Source: Bacillota bacterium (GTDB lineage: Bacteria > Bacillota_I > Bacilli_A > RF39 > UBA660). From it: DNA of 64,000 nucleotides. Made by a program: the position numbers and the translations under genes. This document shows, piece by piece, positions 17,345 to 27,359 of the stretch. Location of the stretch: NCBI GenBank assembly GCA_015059495.1, contig SVAI01000001.1, positions 565,525 through 629,524 on the forward strand, given 5' to 3'. The notes below the pieces were generated by a model. It did no database searches. It worked only from the letters and a program-made list of their open reading frames with translations, and had not been told where the DNA came from. Positions within the stretch are counted from its first letter, which is position 1; each line of letters begins with the position of its first letter.

Positions 17345-20300
17345 ATATATATATCACTCTTAATATTATTAATAGTATATGTATTACCATCTTTTATAAC
17401 ATCTAATTGATTTGATCTCACAGTTTTACCACTATTATTAGTATAAGTATAGTATACTTTAACATTTCCATTTGTATTAAATGTAAATGATCCATTATAT
17501 CCTACACTACCACTAATATTAATATTAGATGTAATACTTGAACTATATTCATTAATATCTTTATATATTAAATTTGTCTGTCCAGATAAAGCAATTACAT
17601 TATTAACCCACTCCTGTGTAGAAGAATCACCATAAATAGTAACTGGATTAATTTTATTTTTTGAAAATGTATTAGCACCAGCCATATTTGGTTGTTCTAT
17701 ATGTGGAATAACTATAGTAGTTAAATTTTCATTATTAGCCATTGTCCACTCTGGAATTCCCATTAAAGAACTACCAAATACTAACTTTTCTAAATAATGA
17801 CTAGCATTAACTACATTACCTTCATTTATATTATTAATTGTATCAGGAAGAACAATAATATAAGATTTAGAATATCCAAATGCCATAGATTTAACAGATG
17901 TTACATTACTTGGAACATACAAATAATCAACACTAAGATTTGCCAAACCATACTTACCAATTGATATATTACTATTACCCTCAAAAACAAGTTTAGTTAT
18001 TTTAAGAGGAGGACTATAACTAGCTGGTTGCATAAACATTCTTGGAACATAAGTTACTTTAGGGCCAAAAGTTAAAGTTGCACCACTTGCTGTTCCAACA
18101 TTATACATAACATAATTAGCACCAGTATTAATTGTATCCTCTCTTAAATCTTTTAGTGTTATAGAATCGATTCTAATATTTTTAACTCTATACAAATTAT
18201 AGAAAGCATATTCACCTAGTTTAGTAACATTCTCTCCAACATTTACATTAACAATACTATCTTTATATTGATACCACGGTGGTAAAGAACTTTCACTATA
18301 ATCAGCCATATCACCACTACCTGTTATATCTAATGTTGAAGTTGACGCATTATAACTCCATGAAACATCACCAGTAGTACCACCATCAATTGAAGAATAA
18401 GCAGTAATAAAATTAACATTAACGCCTGATGGTATCAAAGGTTGTAATATATTCTTAACATAATCATTCTTAACTTTAATAGTTGCATTTTTAGATACAG
18501 AAGCAAAATTTAAGAAAGTATCAGTAAATGAAACTGTAGAATTAACATTTAACGATGACATATCAATGTATTCAATATTCTTTAAGTTTCTAAACATATA
18601 ATTCATATTTTTTACATTTGTTGGATTCCAAGTAGATATATTAATATTTTTTAGTTTAGAAGATTCACCAAACACATAAGCAAGTTTATCTCCAGTCACA
18701 TCAAAATTAGTTAAATCAACAATTTCTAAAGAACTACATCCATATAACATACCATCTACACCATATACCTTAGTTACAGTATCATTAAATTTAATACTCT
18801 TTAAACTTGAGCAATTCTGGCACATACTAGAATAATGCCTATTATCTTGTAAATCAAACGAAGTTAAATCTAATTCTAATAAACTAGTATCGTTAAAAAA
18901 CATCGCATTCATATTACGAATATTTTTAGTAGCAAAATTAGTAAAATCAATTGTTCTCAAATTAGATAATTCAGCAAATAAATAATGACTATCTATTGGA
19001 GCATTTATATTACCATTAGCAGCAATTATCATATGATATCTATCGTCTTCTTCACTTGAAATTAAATATCCAATAACCGAATTATCACCTATCATAGATA
19101 AATCCCAAGTTACAACAGCATTATCAGGTACTTCTAAAACATTCTTAAATTCAATAGATATAATCTTATCTTTCCATTCACTACTACGATAATTTAATTT
19201 CTTATTAGTAGAATCACCAATCATAACACGAACGTTATAATCAAAATCATTTCTCGCAATTTTCTTATAGAATTTACCATTTTCTCTTAATACACTATTT
19301 GGTAATTTTTCATTCCAATTACCTTCTTTAGTAAATCCCAAAGACCACAGTGATGGCTCAGAGGAATAATAAGTATAACTAATATCATTGTTAAATAAGA
19401 ACCTAGCAAATTCTAAACTATGAGCATAAAATACTCTATCTTCGCTATATGGAGCATCTGAATCAGCAGCCACAGCACCCCACTCACTTATAAATAAAGG
19501 TATATTATTATCATTAGCTTTTTTTAAATTACTAATCAATGTATCAGGCATTGAATTAGCATATGCATGCATTGTATACATAATATTATCAAATGCCAAC
19601 ATTGATGATGATATAGTATCATATATATCAACAGAATATGGAACTGAAGCTAAAACAATAGCATCAGGAGATATATTTTTTATTACTGGTATTACACTAT
19701 TATTATAATTTCTAATAGTATTCCATGTCATAGATGAATCATTAGGCTCATTCCATGTTTCATATATAATTCTCTCACTATTAGGATAATGATTAGCAAC
19801 TCTTTCAAACAACTCAGATGCTTTAGTTAAATTAGGATCACTACTACCAGGATTCCAGTTTAATATTACATACATATCATTATCTATAGCGTTATCAATA
19901 GCATTATATAAATAATTAATATATTCTTCTTCATTTCCTAAATAACAATGTTCAACATAATACGGACAAGAACTACCAGAAATAAATATTCTTAGTACAT
20001 TAGATCCCCAGTTTTTTAATGTATTTAAAGATTCTTTAGAATATACATTTTCTAAATTAACAAGATTACCTTCAAGAGATGTACCAGTTAATCTAAATAC
20101 CTCATTATTTTCGTTATATAAATTAGAACCATTAACATGTAATCTACCATTATTAGATGCATAATTATCTATACTTGTTTGACATATACTTTCATCATAT
20201 ATTTGAATCTCATCATTAATAGCATTTTTTCTATAACATCTATTACTCTTTTTAATAGCAGCTTCTACTTTACCATCTTTAGTTACAACTATTTTATCAT

Positions 20301-20949
20301 CTTCATCTTTATTAGATATATCTAATTCATCAATAACATTACTACCAAGTAAACTTGATGTTTTATTGTTTTCATAATAATCATTAGCTAAAGCAATATA
20401 ACTTCTTACTAATTTTAAATCCTCTTCTTCTTTATATTCATTAATTGATACCCTAGAACTAAATTCACAACCTTTATTATCATCTTGATTAGTATTATCA
20501 TCAACAAAAGTTATAGTTAAAGTATATTCATGTTCTTGATTAACATCAATTGGACAAGCCGCAACCATCTTTGCTTCATCACCAATGTTTGATGGAACAA
20601 CACTACCATCTAAATTACTACATCCATTAATTGATGATACTATATAAACTAAATCATTTGTATCAACAAAAGTATTAACTATCTCAGAAAAATAAATATC
20701 ATATGTTGTACTTAAATTACCAACATTTTTAACTTTAAATGTTTTAGTTACACTTTGTGATGGAATAAAATTTGAAGCACTTATTCTAGGTCCATCATTA
20801 AATTCTAATCTCATAGAACCTGATGTAACAATATTTTCTTTACTATTTCCAAATACTCTTGCAGTAAAATAAGCATATGATACAAGTGTACAAACACTAA
20901 CAATAATAATTGATAATATTAGTAGTAATGCTTTTCTTTTATTGTCCAT
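17332..20949 (-). CDS. Large secreted multidomain protein: SipW-type signal + TasA-like domain + GH5 glycoside hydrolase + DUF285/BspA-type LRR repeats + beta-rich C-terminus
   Basis: N-terminus ...CTLVSYAYFTARVFGNSKENIVTSGSMRLEF...SQSVTKTFKVKNVGNL. The GH5 signatures are IIYETWNEPN (acid/base) and FISEWGA (nucleophile). Downstream are DUF285-like units (IDFTNFATKNIRNMNAMF) and BspA-like LRRs. Total length about 1205 aa. Confidence 0.7.
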   Translation of the reverse strand: MDNKRKALLLILSIIIVSVCTLVSYAYFTARVFGNSKENIVTSGSMRLEFNDGPRISASNFIPSQSVTKTFKVKNVGNLSTTYDIYFSEIVNTFVDTNDLVYIVSSINGCSNLDGSVVPSNIGDEAKMVAACPIDVNQEHEYTLTITFVDDNTNQDDNKGCEFSSRVSINEYKEEEDLKLVRSYIALANDYYENNKTSSLLGSNVIDELDISNKDEDDKIVVTKDGKVEAAIKKSNRCYRKNAINDEIQIYDESICQTSIDNYASNNGRLHVNGSNLYNENNEVFRLTGTSLEGNLVNLENVYSKESLNTLKNWGSNVLRIFISGSSCPYYVEHCYLGNEEEYINYLYNAIDNAIDNDMYVILNWNPGSSDPNLTKASELFERVANHYPNSERIIYETWNEPNDSSMTWNTIRNYNNSVIPVIKNISPDAIVLASVPYSVDIYDTISSSMLAFDNIMYTMHAYANSMPDTLISNLKKANDNNIPLFISEWGAVAADSDAPYSEDRVFYAHSLEFARFLFNNDISYTYYSSEPSLWSLGFTKEGNWNEKLPNSVLRENGKFYKKIARNDFDYNVRVMIGDSTNKKLNYRSSEWKDKIISIEFKNVLEVPDNAVVTWDLSMIGDNSVIGYLISSEEDDRYHMIIAANGNINAPIDSHYLFAELSNLRTIDFTNFATKNIRNMNAMFFNDTSLLELDLTSFDLQDNRHYSSMCQNCSSLKSIKFNDTVTKVYGVDGMLYGCSSLEIVDLTNFDVTGDKLAYVFGESSKLKNINISTWNPTNVKNMNYMFRNLKNIEYIDMSSLNVNSTVSFTDTFLNFASVSKNATIKVKNDYVKNILQPLIPSGVNVNFITAYSSIDGGTTGDVSWSYNASTSTLDITGSGDMADYSESSLPPWYQYKDSIVNVNVGENVTKLGEYAFYNLYRVKNIRIDSITLKDLREDTINTGANYVMYNVGTASGATLTFGPKVTYVPRMFMQPASYSPPLKITKLVFEGNSNISIGKYGLANLSVDYLYVPSNVTSVKSMAFGYSKSYIIVLPDTINNINEGNVVNASHYLEKLVFGSSLMGIPEWTMANNENLTTIVIPHIEQPNMAGANTFSKNKINPVTIYGDSSTQEWVNNVIALSGQTNLIYKDINEYSSSITSNINISGSVGYNGSFTFNTNGNVKVYYTYTNNSGKTVRSNQLDVIKDGNTYTINNIKSDIYIEVE

Positions 20950-21034
20950 ACAAATCACTCTTCATTCTATGACATTATATCATACAGAATAACTTTTATA
21001 CAATTTAATTTAAAAAAAATATTAGGATATTATC

Positions 21035-22408
21035 CTAATATTTAATCATATTATTAATATAATTAACTAGTTCATCAACACTTAATGTTATTTGTTCCAT
21101 TGTATCTCTATCTCTAATAGTAACAGTATTATTATTTAATGTTTCATCATCAATAGTTATACATATTGGAGTACCAATAGCATCAGCTCTTCTATATCTC
21201 TTACCAATAGAACCAGCTTCATCATAAGATACCATAAAATTCTTAGCTAATAATTGATATATTTCATTAGCTTTCTCACCATGTAACTTTTTATTTAATG
21301 GTAATATATTAGCTTTATATGGTGCTAAGAAAGGTTTTAATTTTAAAACTAATCTTTCTTCATTTTCTAATTGTTCTTTAACATAAGCATCAGATAATAC
21401 TGCTAAGAATAATCTATCTACACCAACAGATGGTTCAACAACATAAGGTAAATATCTTTCATTAGTTTCAGGATCTAAATAAGTTAAATCTTGTTTAGAA
21501 TGTTCTTGGTGAACACTTAAGTCATAGTCAGTTCTATCTGCTATACCCCATAACTCTCCCCATCCCATTGGGAATAGATATTCAATATCAGTTGTAGCTT
21601 TTGAGTAGAATGATAATTCTTCTTTTTTATGATCTCTATATCTTAAATTATCTTTATTTAAACCTAATGTACTTAAGAAGTTTAAACATCTTTCTTTATA
21701 ATATTTAAACCATTCTAAATCAGTATCTGGTTTACAAAAGAATTCTAATTCCATTTGTTCAAATTCTCTAGTTCTAAATATAAAGTTACCTGGAGTAATT
21801 TCATTTCTAAAACTCTTACCAATTTGACCAATACCAAATGGTACTTTAGCTCTCATAGTTCTTTGTACATTATTAAAGTTAACAAATATACCTTGAGCAG
21901 TTTCACCTCTTAAATATACTTTAGATTTACTGTCTTCAGTAACACCTTGATGAGTTTCAAATAATAAATTAAACTTTCTAATTGGAGTAAAATCACAATT
22001 TCCACACTTAGGACAAGTAATATTATTATCTTTGATGTATTGTTCTAATTTTTCATTTTCCCAACCATCACCTGTTTCTTTACCATTAGTAAAGTCTTCG
22101 ATTAACTTATCTGCTCTATGTCTTGCCTTACACTTTTTACAATCGATTAGTGGATCAGCAAATGAAGCAACGTGACCAGATGCTACCCAAACCTCAGGGT
22201 TCATTAATATAGCACTATCTAAACCAAAGTTATTCTTTTCTTCTTGAATAAATTTTTTCCACCATGCTTCTTTAATATTATTTTTTAATTCTCTACCAAG
22301 TGAACCATAATCCCAAGTATTAGATAAACCACCATAGATTTCACTACCTTGAAATATAAATCCGTATTGTTTTGAATAATTAACTAATTCTTCCATTGTC
22401 TTTTCCAT
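21035..22408 (-). CDS. glyQS: Glycyl-tRNA synthetase (alpha2, GlyQS type)
   Basis: Class II motifs and strong N-terminal similarity (ELVNYSKQYGFIFQGSEIYGG...). Size 457 aa. AGGAGA RBS. Confidence 0.9.
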   Translation of the reverse strand: MEKTMEELVNYSKQYGFIFQGSEIYGGLSNTWDYGSLGRELKNNIKEAWWKKFIQEEKNNFGLDSAILMNPEVWVASGHVASFADPLIDCKKCKARHRADKLIEDFTNGKETGDGWENEKLEQYIKDNNITCPKCGNCDFTPIRKFNLLFETHQGVTEDSKSKVYLRGETAQGIFVNFNNVQRTMRAKVPFGIGQIGKSFRNEITPGNFIFRTREFEQMELEFFCKPDTDLEWFKYYKERCLNFLSTLGLNKDNLRYRDHKKEELSFYSKATTDIEYLFPMGWGELWGIADRTDYDLSVHQEHSKQDLTYLDPETNERYLPYVVEPSVGVDRLFLAVLSDAYVKEQLENEERLVLKLKPFLAPYKANILPLNKKLHGEKANEIYQLLAKNFMVSYDEAGSIGKRYRRADAIGTPICITIDDETLNNNTVTIRDRDTMEQITLSVDELVNYINNMIKY

Positions 22409-22590
22409 AAATATTCTCCTTTACAAAATAAAAAGTGATTCTTATTTTGTAGGGACGGAAAATATTCCGCGGTTCCACCCTACTTATTCTTTTGTAAGAA
22501 TCACCTTAATTACTATATAACTGATAGGTTTCCAAGCCCGTCTTCGTTTGTATGTCTAAATTATAAATTAAAAATTACTAATTTTCAAGA
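22409..22590 (-). promoter_or_regulatory. T-box riboswitch leader of glyQS, with its promoter
   Basis: The minus strand carries the T-box sequence AGGGTGGAACCGCGG (plus-strand ccgcggttccaccct at 22467-22481), about 60 nt upstream of the ATG. A GGC-containing stem-I region is present. The leader is short, about 150 nt, as expected for glyQS T-boxes that lack stem II. The promoter is TTGAAA-17-TATAAT at 22560-22588. Confidence 0.6.
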
Positions 22591-22592
22591 GA

Positions 22593-23009
22593 TTAACTAT
22601 ATTTTCTTGTTCTTTCTCTCTTAGCTTGTTGAAAATCAATAACTTGACCATAAATATGATGACTTACTCTTTCATCATGTTTTCTATCAAATAAATCATA
22701 AACTTTCTTTACATTATAATATCTATCTTTAAGACTTTGTAATATATCATAGCTATTATAATCTCTTTTATAAATATAATCTAATCTAACATTTGCATAA
22801 ATCTTAACTATATAATTACATATACATTCTAAAATATACAAATGACTATAATCTTTATATTCCTCGCTTAATTTACATAAAAAAACATTTGCATTATATA
22901 GATCAGTTCTTAGAACATAATCAATACATTCTTTAACCTTTTCATCAACAATATCATTTCTATATTTACTATATTTACCTAGATAACTAAGCTTTTCAAT
23001 ATACTCCAT
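22593..23009 (-). CDS. Hypothetical protein (138 aa, Y/K-rich)
   Basis: ORF only; no recognisable motif. Confidence 0.35.
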   Translation of the reverse strand: MEYIEKLSYLGKYSKYRNDIVDEKVKECIDYVLRTDLYNANVFLCKLSEEYKDYSHLYILECICNYIVKIYANVRLDYIYKRDYNSYDILQSLKDRYYNVKKVYDLFDRKHDERVSHHIYGQVIDFQQAKRERTRKYS

Positions 23010-23101
23010 GTTTATAACCCCCTGTATATATAAGAAATTATAGCATATTTTTATATTTATGTCAAATTTGATACAAATATAAAAAGATACCTTAGTATCT
23101 T

Positions 23102-23926
23102 TTATATTTTTTTAGAATGTGATCTTTCATTTAGTTTACTAATTTCAACAGCTATATTTAATATTTCATCTAATTGTTGTTGTTCAGTCTCTGTATTAGT
23201 AACATTCATATATTTTACTTTTTTACATTTATTATATAATTCTAAAAACAATTGTTGATCTTCATATGATAACTCATTATATCTACTATAAATATCTGAT
23301 AACATTTCATTAGCATTATCAATTTGTTCTAATATAGTATTTCTATTCTTACCTACATATACTTCACTAACTCTATTATTAAAAGGAACACTAATTGTAT
23401 TAATAGCATGTTCTCTACTTACATTATATACTTTACAATATAATTGAATATATTTTTCTTTTTCAATATCATTCCACATATTATAATTAGATTTGCCATA
23501 TTTTTGAGTTAAAGCATTAGTAAATGAAATCAATTCATTTATATTATCTACTTCAAGAGTACCACTTACTTCCTGCTTCTTATCCATATCTTCAGAACTA
23601 ACTACTTTATAACTACTATCAATAAAATTACTATCAATAATAACATTTTCTAAATTAACATTATTCTTATATATTTCATTAAATTTATTTTTATAATAAG
23701 ATAAATCTTTTTCATCTTCAAATTCAATTTTAGGTACATCTACACTGTCCATTATTATATTAACATCTGTTTCTTCATCAAAACTAGTAACAGGTACATC
23801 AACACTATTCATAACACCATTAACATTAACTTTATTATCATCATATGTTATTTCATTAAATTCTTTAGTTTCATTATCTTCAATCCATTGTCCATCAATA
23901 GACGTAGTATCTAGTGCCATAAACAT
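23102..23926 (-). CDS. Hypothetical protein (274 aa, acidic N-terminal half)
   Basis: ORF only. Confidence 0.35.
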   Translation of the reverse strand: MFMALDTTSIDGQWIEDNETKEFNEITYDDNKVNVNGVMNSVDVPVTSFDEETDVNIIMDSVDVPKIEFEDEKDLSYYKNKFNEIYKNNVNLENVIIDSNFIDSSYKVVSSEDMDKKQEVSGTLEVDNINELISFTNALTQKYGKSNYNMWNDIEKEKYIQLYCKVYNVSREHAINTISVPFNNRVSEVYVGKNRNTILEQIDNANEMLSDIYSRYNELSYEDQQLFLELYNKCKKVKYMNVTNTETEQQQLDEILNIAVEISKLNERSHSKKI

Positions 23927-24035
23927 ACCTACTTTCCTAACATAAGTATAACAGTAGCAATGTAAATTTACAATATTTTACAAATATATTTACATTATAT
24001 AAGTAAAACAAAAAGATGTATAAAACATCTTTTAT

Positions 24036-24163
24036 TTAAGCATTTTATCTGCTTCATTAAACATATTATCTATAGCTTTCTTAGCACTATTTCTCATATC
24101 TTTATTTAATACTATATAAGTTAAAGTACTACCACCAGCCATACCTATTAAAAACATAGCTTT
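24036..24163 (-). CDS. Small membrane peptide (42 aa) MNKAMFLIGMAGGSTLTYIVLNKDMRNSAKKAIDNMFNEADKMLK
   Basis: GGGTGA RBS 5 nt upstream. It is followed by the hairpin aaaagatgt..acatctttt plus a U-run. It is not in the ORF track. Confidence 0.25.
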
Positions 24164-24201
24164 ATTCATAATTATCACCCATTAATATTATGGATAATTA
24201 T

Positions 24202-26403
24202 TTATATTTTATTCACTATTTTATCTAATAGATTAGTATTACGATTATCTGAATAATCATTTAATACACCCATCTTAAATGCTGCTTCTTCTCCCACTAT
24301 AACTAAAGACTTCTTAGCTCTAGATATGCCAGTATACAATAACTTATTATATAACATCTTATAATAACTTTTTGATACAACCATTACTACATGAGAAAAC
24401 TCAGATCCTTGAGACTTATGTATAGACATAGCATAAGCATGGGTAATATCACTCATCTCTTCTTTTTTATATTCATGTATTTCACCATCAAAATCAATTA
24501 AGAAAATATCATTCTTTCTAGGATGAGTAATACTAACTATTTCTTTAATATATCCTATATCACCATTAAATACACCTTTATCTATATCATTAGATAATTG
24601 TAATACTTTATCATGTTCTCTAAATACTCTATCTCCTATTTTAATTTCCTTTTTACTCTTATCTTTAGGATTAAATAATTCTTGTAATATTTTATTTAAA
24701 TTATCTATACCATTTTCACCCTTATACATTGGTGCTAGTATTTGAATATCTCTTTCATCTAATCCTTTACTAATAGACATTTCACATATCTTTTTTATTG
24801 ATGATTTAATCTTACTAGAATCAATAGATAAGAAATTATAATCATCTTTCTTAGACATAAAATCTTCACTTAATTCTTTATTTTTAATTTCATTAGCAAG
24901 TATTGGTATATAAGAATTAATTGATTGTCTATATATTTCCTTTAAAGGGGTATAAGAAAATGCAAACGAAGATATTAAATCATGAAGTACTAATCCTGGA
25001 CCAACTGAAGGTAACTGATTAGAATCCCCAACTAATACCAATTGAATATTCTTAGTTAATCCTTTTAACAACGAATAAAATAAGTTAGTATCAATCATAG
25101 ATGTTTCATCTACAATTATTAGTTTATGAGTATTAGGATTAAACTCATTAACTTGAAATTCATTATTATCTTTATTCCATTTTAAAAATCTATGAATAGT
25201 TGATGCACCAAGCCCAGTTGCCTCTGCTAACTTCTTTGATGCTCTACCAGTTGGAGCTAGCAATGCTATTTCACTTAATATATCTCTTGGTGATAAATGA
25301 TGCAAAGTTATATATAAATCTACTATTGCTTTAACTATTGTTGTTTTACCTGTACCAGGTCCACCAGTAATAATAGATATTCTATTTTCTAGCGATGTTT
25401 TAATAGCACGTTTTTGCTCTTCATTATAAGTTACCCCTAACTGTTCTTGCAACTTAATAATTTCAGTATCAAATATAGTATTAGTTTTAATATTCTTTTC
25501 ATTTATTTCTAATAATCTAGTAGCTATATATTCTTCTTCATCATTAGTTTCTCTTAATGATATCATGGAATCACTATTATATATAATACCATCATCACTT
25601 AATCTACTTAAATAATTAATAAATACATCATAATCTAATATAATATTAAAATTTCTCTTTAATCCATCAATTATTTCATCTTCATTAAAATAAGTATTAC
25701 CTAAATCATATTCTAAATCTTTAATAGTTTGTTCTAAACAAGCTAATTCTCTAATTTCTTTATTATATCCATCTAACTTTAAATAAGCATTATCAATCTT
25801 TTTAAAATCAATTAACTCTTTAAATACATAAGGATTATCTTTCATAATTTCTAAAGAACTATTACCATAAGAATTAATAATAGATAAAGCTTCATTAATA
25901 GTAAAACCTAACTTTTTAAACTCCACTATCATATCATCAGTATTTTGATATTTACTAATAGATTCATATATCTTCATAGCTTTCTTTTCACTCATCTTAG
26001 GTACCAAATATAAATTAGAAAAATCTTCTTTAATTAACTTAATAGCATCTTCACCTAAATACTTAACTATTTCTTTAGCAGTCTTTTCTCCACACCCCTT
26101 AATAAGTGGTGAAGATAAAAACTCAATAACTGCTTCTTTACCAACTATTTCTTCTTTTTCATAATTTAATACTTTATATTGAAATCCATATCTTTCATTA
26201 TAAATTAAAGATCCCTCTAACTTATAACTATCATCAATTAATAAAGGACCAAAATACCCAACAAAAGTAATAGTCTTATTTAAATAATCACTTAATTCTT
26301 CATCATCACTCTCTTTAACCTTAATTAAGCCAACCTTATATCCTGTTTCACTCTCAAAGATTAATTGTCTAATCTTACCCTTAATATATGACATTACTTT
26401 CAC
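24202..26403 (-). CDS. recD2: ATP-dependent RecD2-like DNA helicase (YrrC family)
   Basis: N-terminal OB/HhH region, Walker A ITGGPGTGKTT, Walker B LIIVDETSMID, and SF1B helicase motifs. Size 733 aa. Confidence 0.85.
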   Translation of the reverse strand: MKVMSYIKGKIRQLIFESETGYKVGLIKVKESDDEELSDYLNKTITFVGYFGPLLIDDSYKLEGSLIYNERYGFQYKVLNYEKEEIVGKEAVIEFLSSPLIKGCGEKTAKEIVKYLGEDAIKLIKEDFSNLYLVPKMSEKKAMKIYESISKYQNTDDMIVEFKKLGFTINEALSIINSYGNSSLEIMKDNPYVFKELIDFKKIDNAYLKLDGYNKEIRELACLEQTIKDLEYDLGNTYFNEDEIIDGLKRNFNIILDYDVFINYLSRLSDDGIIYNSDSMISLRETNDEEEYIATRLLEINEKNIKTNTIFDTEIIKLQEQLGVTYNEEQKRAIKTSLENRISIITGGPGTGKTTIVKAIVDLYITLHHLSPRDILSEIALLAPTGRASKKLAEATGLGASTIHRFLKWNKDNNEFQVNEFNPNTHKLIIVDETSMIDTNLFYSLLKGLTKNIQLVLVGDSNQLPSVGPGLVLHDLISSFAFSYTPLKEIYRQSINSYIPILANEIKNKELSEDFMSKKDDYNFLSIDSSKIKSSIKKICEMSISKGLDERDIQILAPMYKGENGIDNLNKILQELFNPKDKSKKEIKIGDRVFREHDKVLQLSNDIDKGVFNGDIGYIKEIVSITHPRKNDIFLIDFDGEIHEYKKEEMSDITHAYAMSIHKSQGSEFSHVVMVVSKSYYKMLYNKLLYTGISRAKKSLVIVGEEAAFKMGVLNDYSDNRNTNLLDKIVNKI

Positions 26404-26469
26404 CTACCTTTATTAATAAAACCTTCGATAACTATTATACTAAAAAAACAAGACTTTTAATAGTCTTGT

Positions 26470-27327
26470 TTAGTTAACTTTTTCAGTAGATAACCATACA
26501 TAGTTATCATTTTCTTTAACAAATGTAGATTTATATTTACTGATATCATCTTTATAATGATCTACTAATTTTTTAGCATTATCACCAGCTATTTGTTTAT
26601 TTAAAGTATTAGTATAATAATCTAAATTATCTATTAACTTAGTAGCTTTACTATCTGAAAATATACCATCTTCCTTTAATTTACTATTAGTATCCCTAAT
26701 AGTTAGTAAATAAGAATATACTTCTAATTTATTATCATTATATTCATAACTATCAAATACATTAACCACTTTATAATCATTAATTGTTACATCATTTCTA
26801 TTTAAATAACAATTATATATATTATCTTTAAAATAACATGTTTGATTAGCACTTATATTAAATTCATTATAAGATACATTAATATTACTACTAAAATAAT
26901 TTCTTATTTGTTCATCTAATAAATTCTTATCTATTACTTCTAAATAACATTTTTCTGGATAATTATCTTTATCTAATCCAAAACATTCATCTAATACTTC
27001 ACCTGATTTTAAAGTATCTTCTTTAGATATTAAAGTATATGCGATATATAAAACATTTTCTTTAGATATAGTATTAATATCAATATTATTTTCTTTAAAG
27101 AATATTAAATCATTAGTAGCTAAATCTCTTTTATTACTAATTGAAGTAAATTTTTCTTGTGCTAATTTATTTAAATCACTCTTATTTAATGATTTATTAA
27201 TATTTATATTTTTCATTTGAAAACTATAACTTAAAAAGAAAACACATACTAAAACTACTACTATAGCAATAGCAAAACTCAATAAATTATTATGTTGTTC
27301 TTCTTTGTTATTCATATCAATAGTCAA
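26470..27327 (-). CDS. Hypothetical membrane-anchored protein
   Basis: N-terminal TM helix followed by a Y/N-rich extracytoplasmic region. Confidence 0.35.
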   Translation of the reverse strand: MTIDMNNKEEQHNNLLSFAIAIVVVLVCVFFLSYSFQMKNININKSLNKSDLNKLAQEKFTSISNKRDLATNDLIFFKENNIDINTISKENVLYIAYTLISKEDTLKSGEVLDECFGLDKDNYPEKCYLEVIDKNLLDEQIRNYFSSNINVSYNEFNISANQTCYFKDNIYNCYLNRNDVTINDYKVVNVFDSYEYNDNKLEVYSYLLTIRDTNSKLKEDGIFSDSKATKLIDNLDYYTNTLNKQIAGDNAKKLVDHYKDDISKYKSTFVKENDNYVWLSTEKVN

Positions 27328-27359
27328 CCACCTATTCTATAAATAATTTTAACATATAT

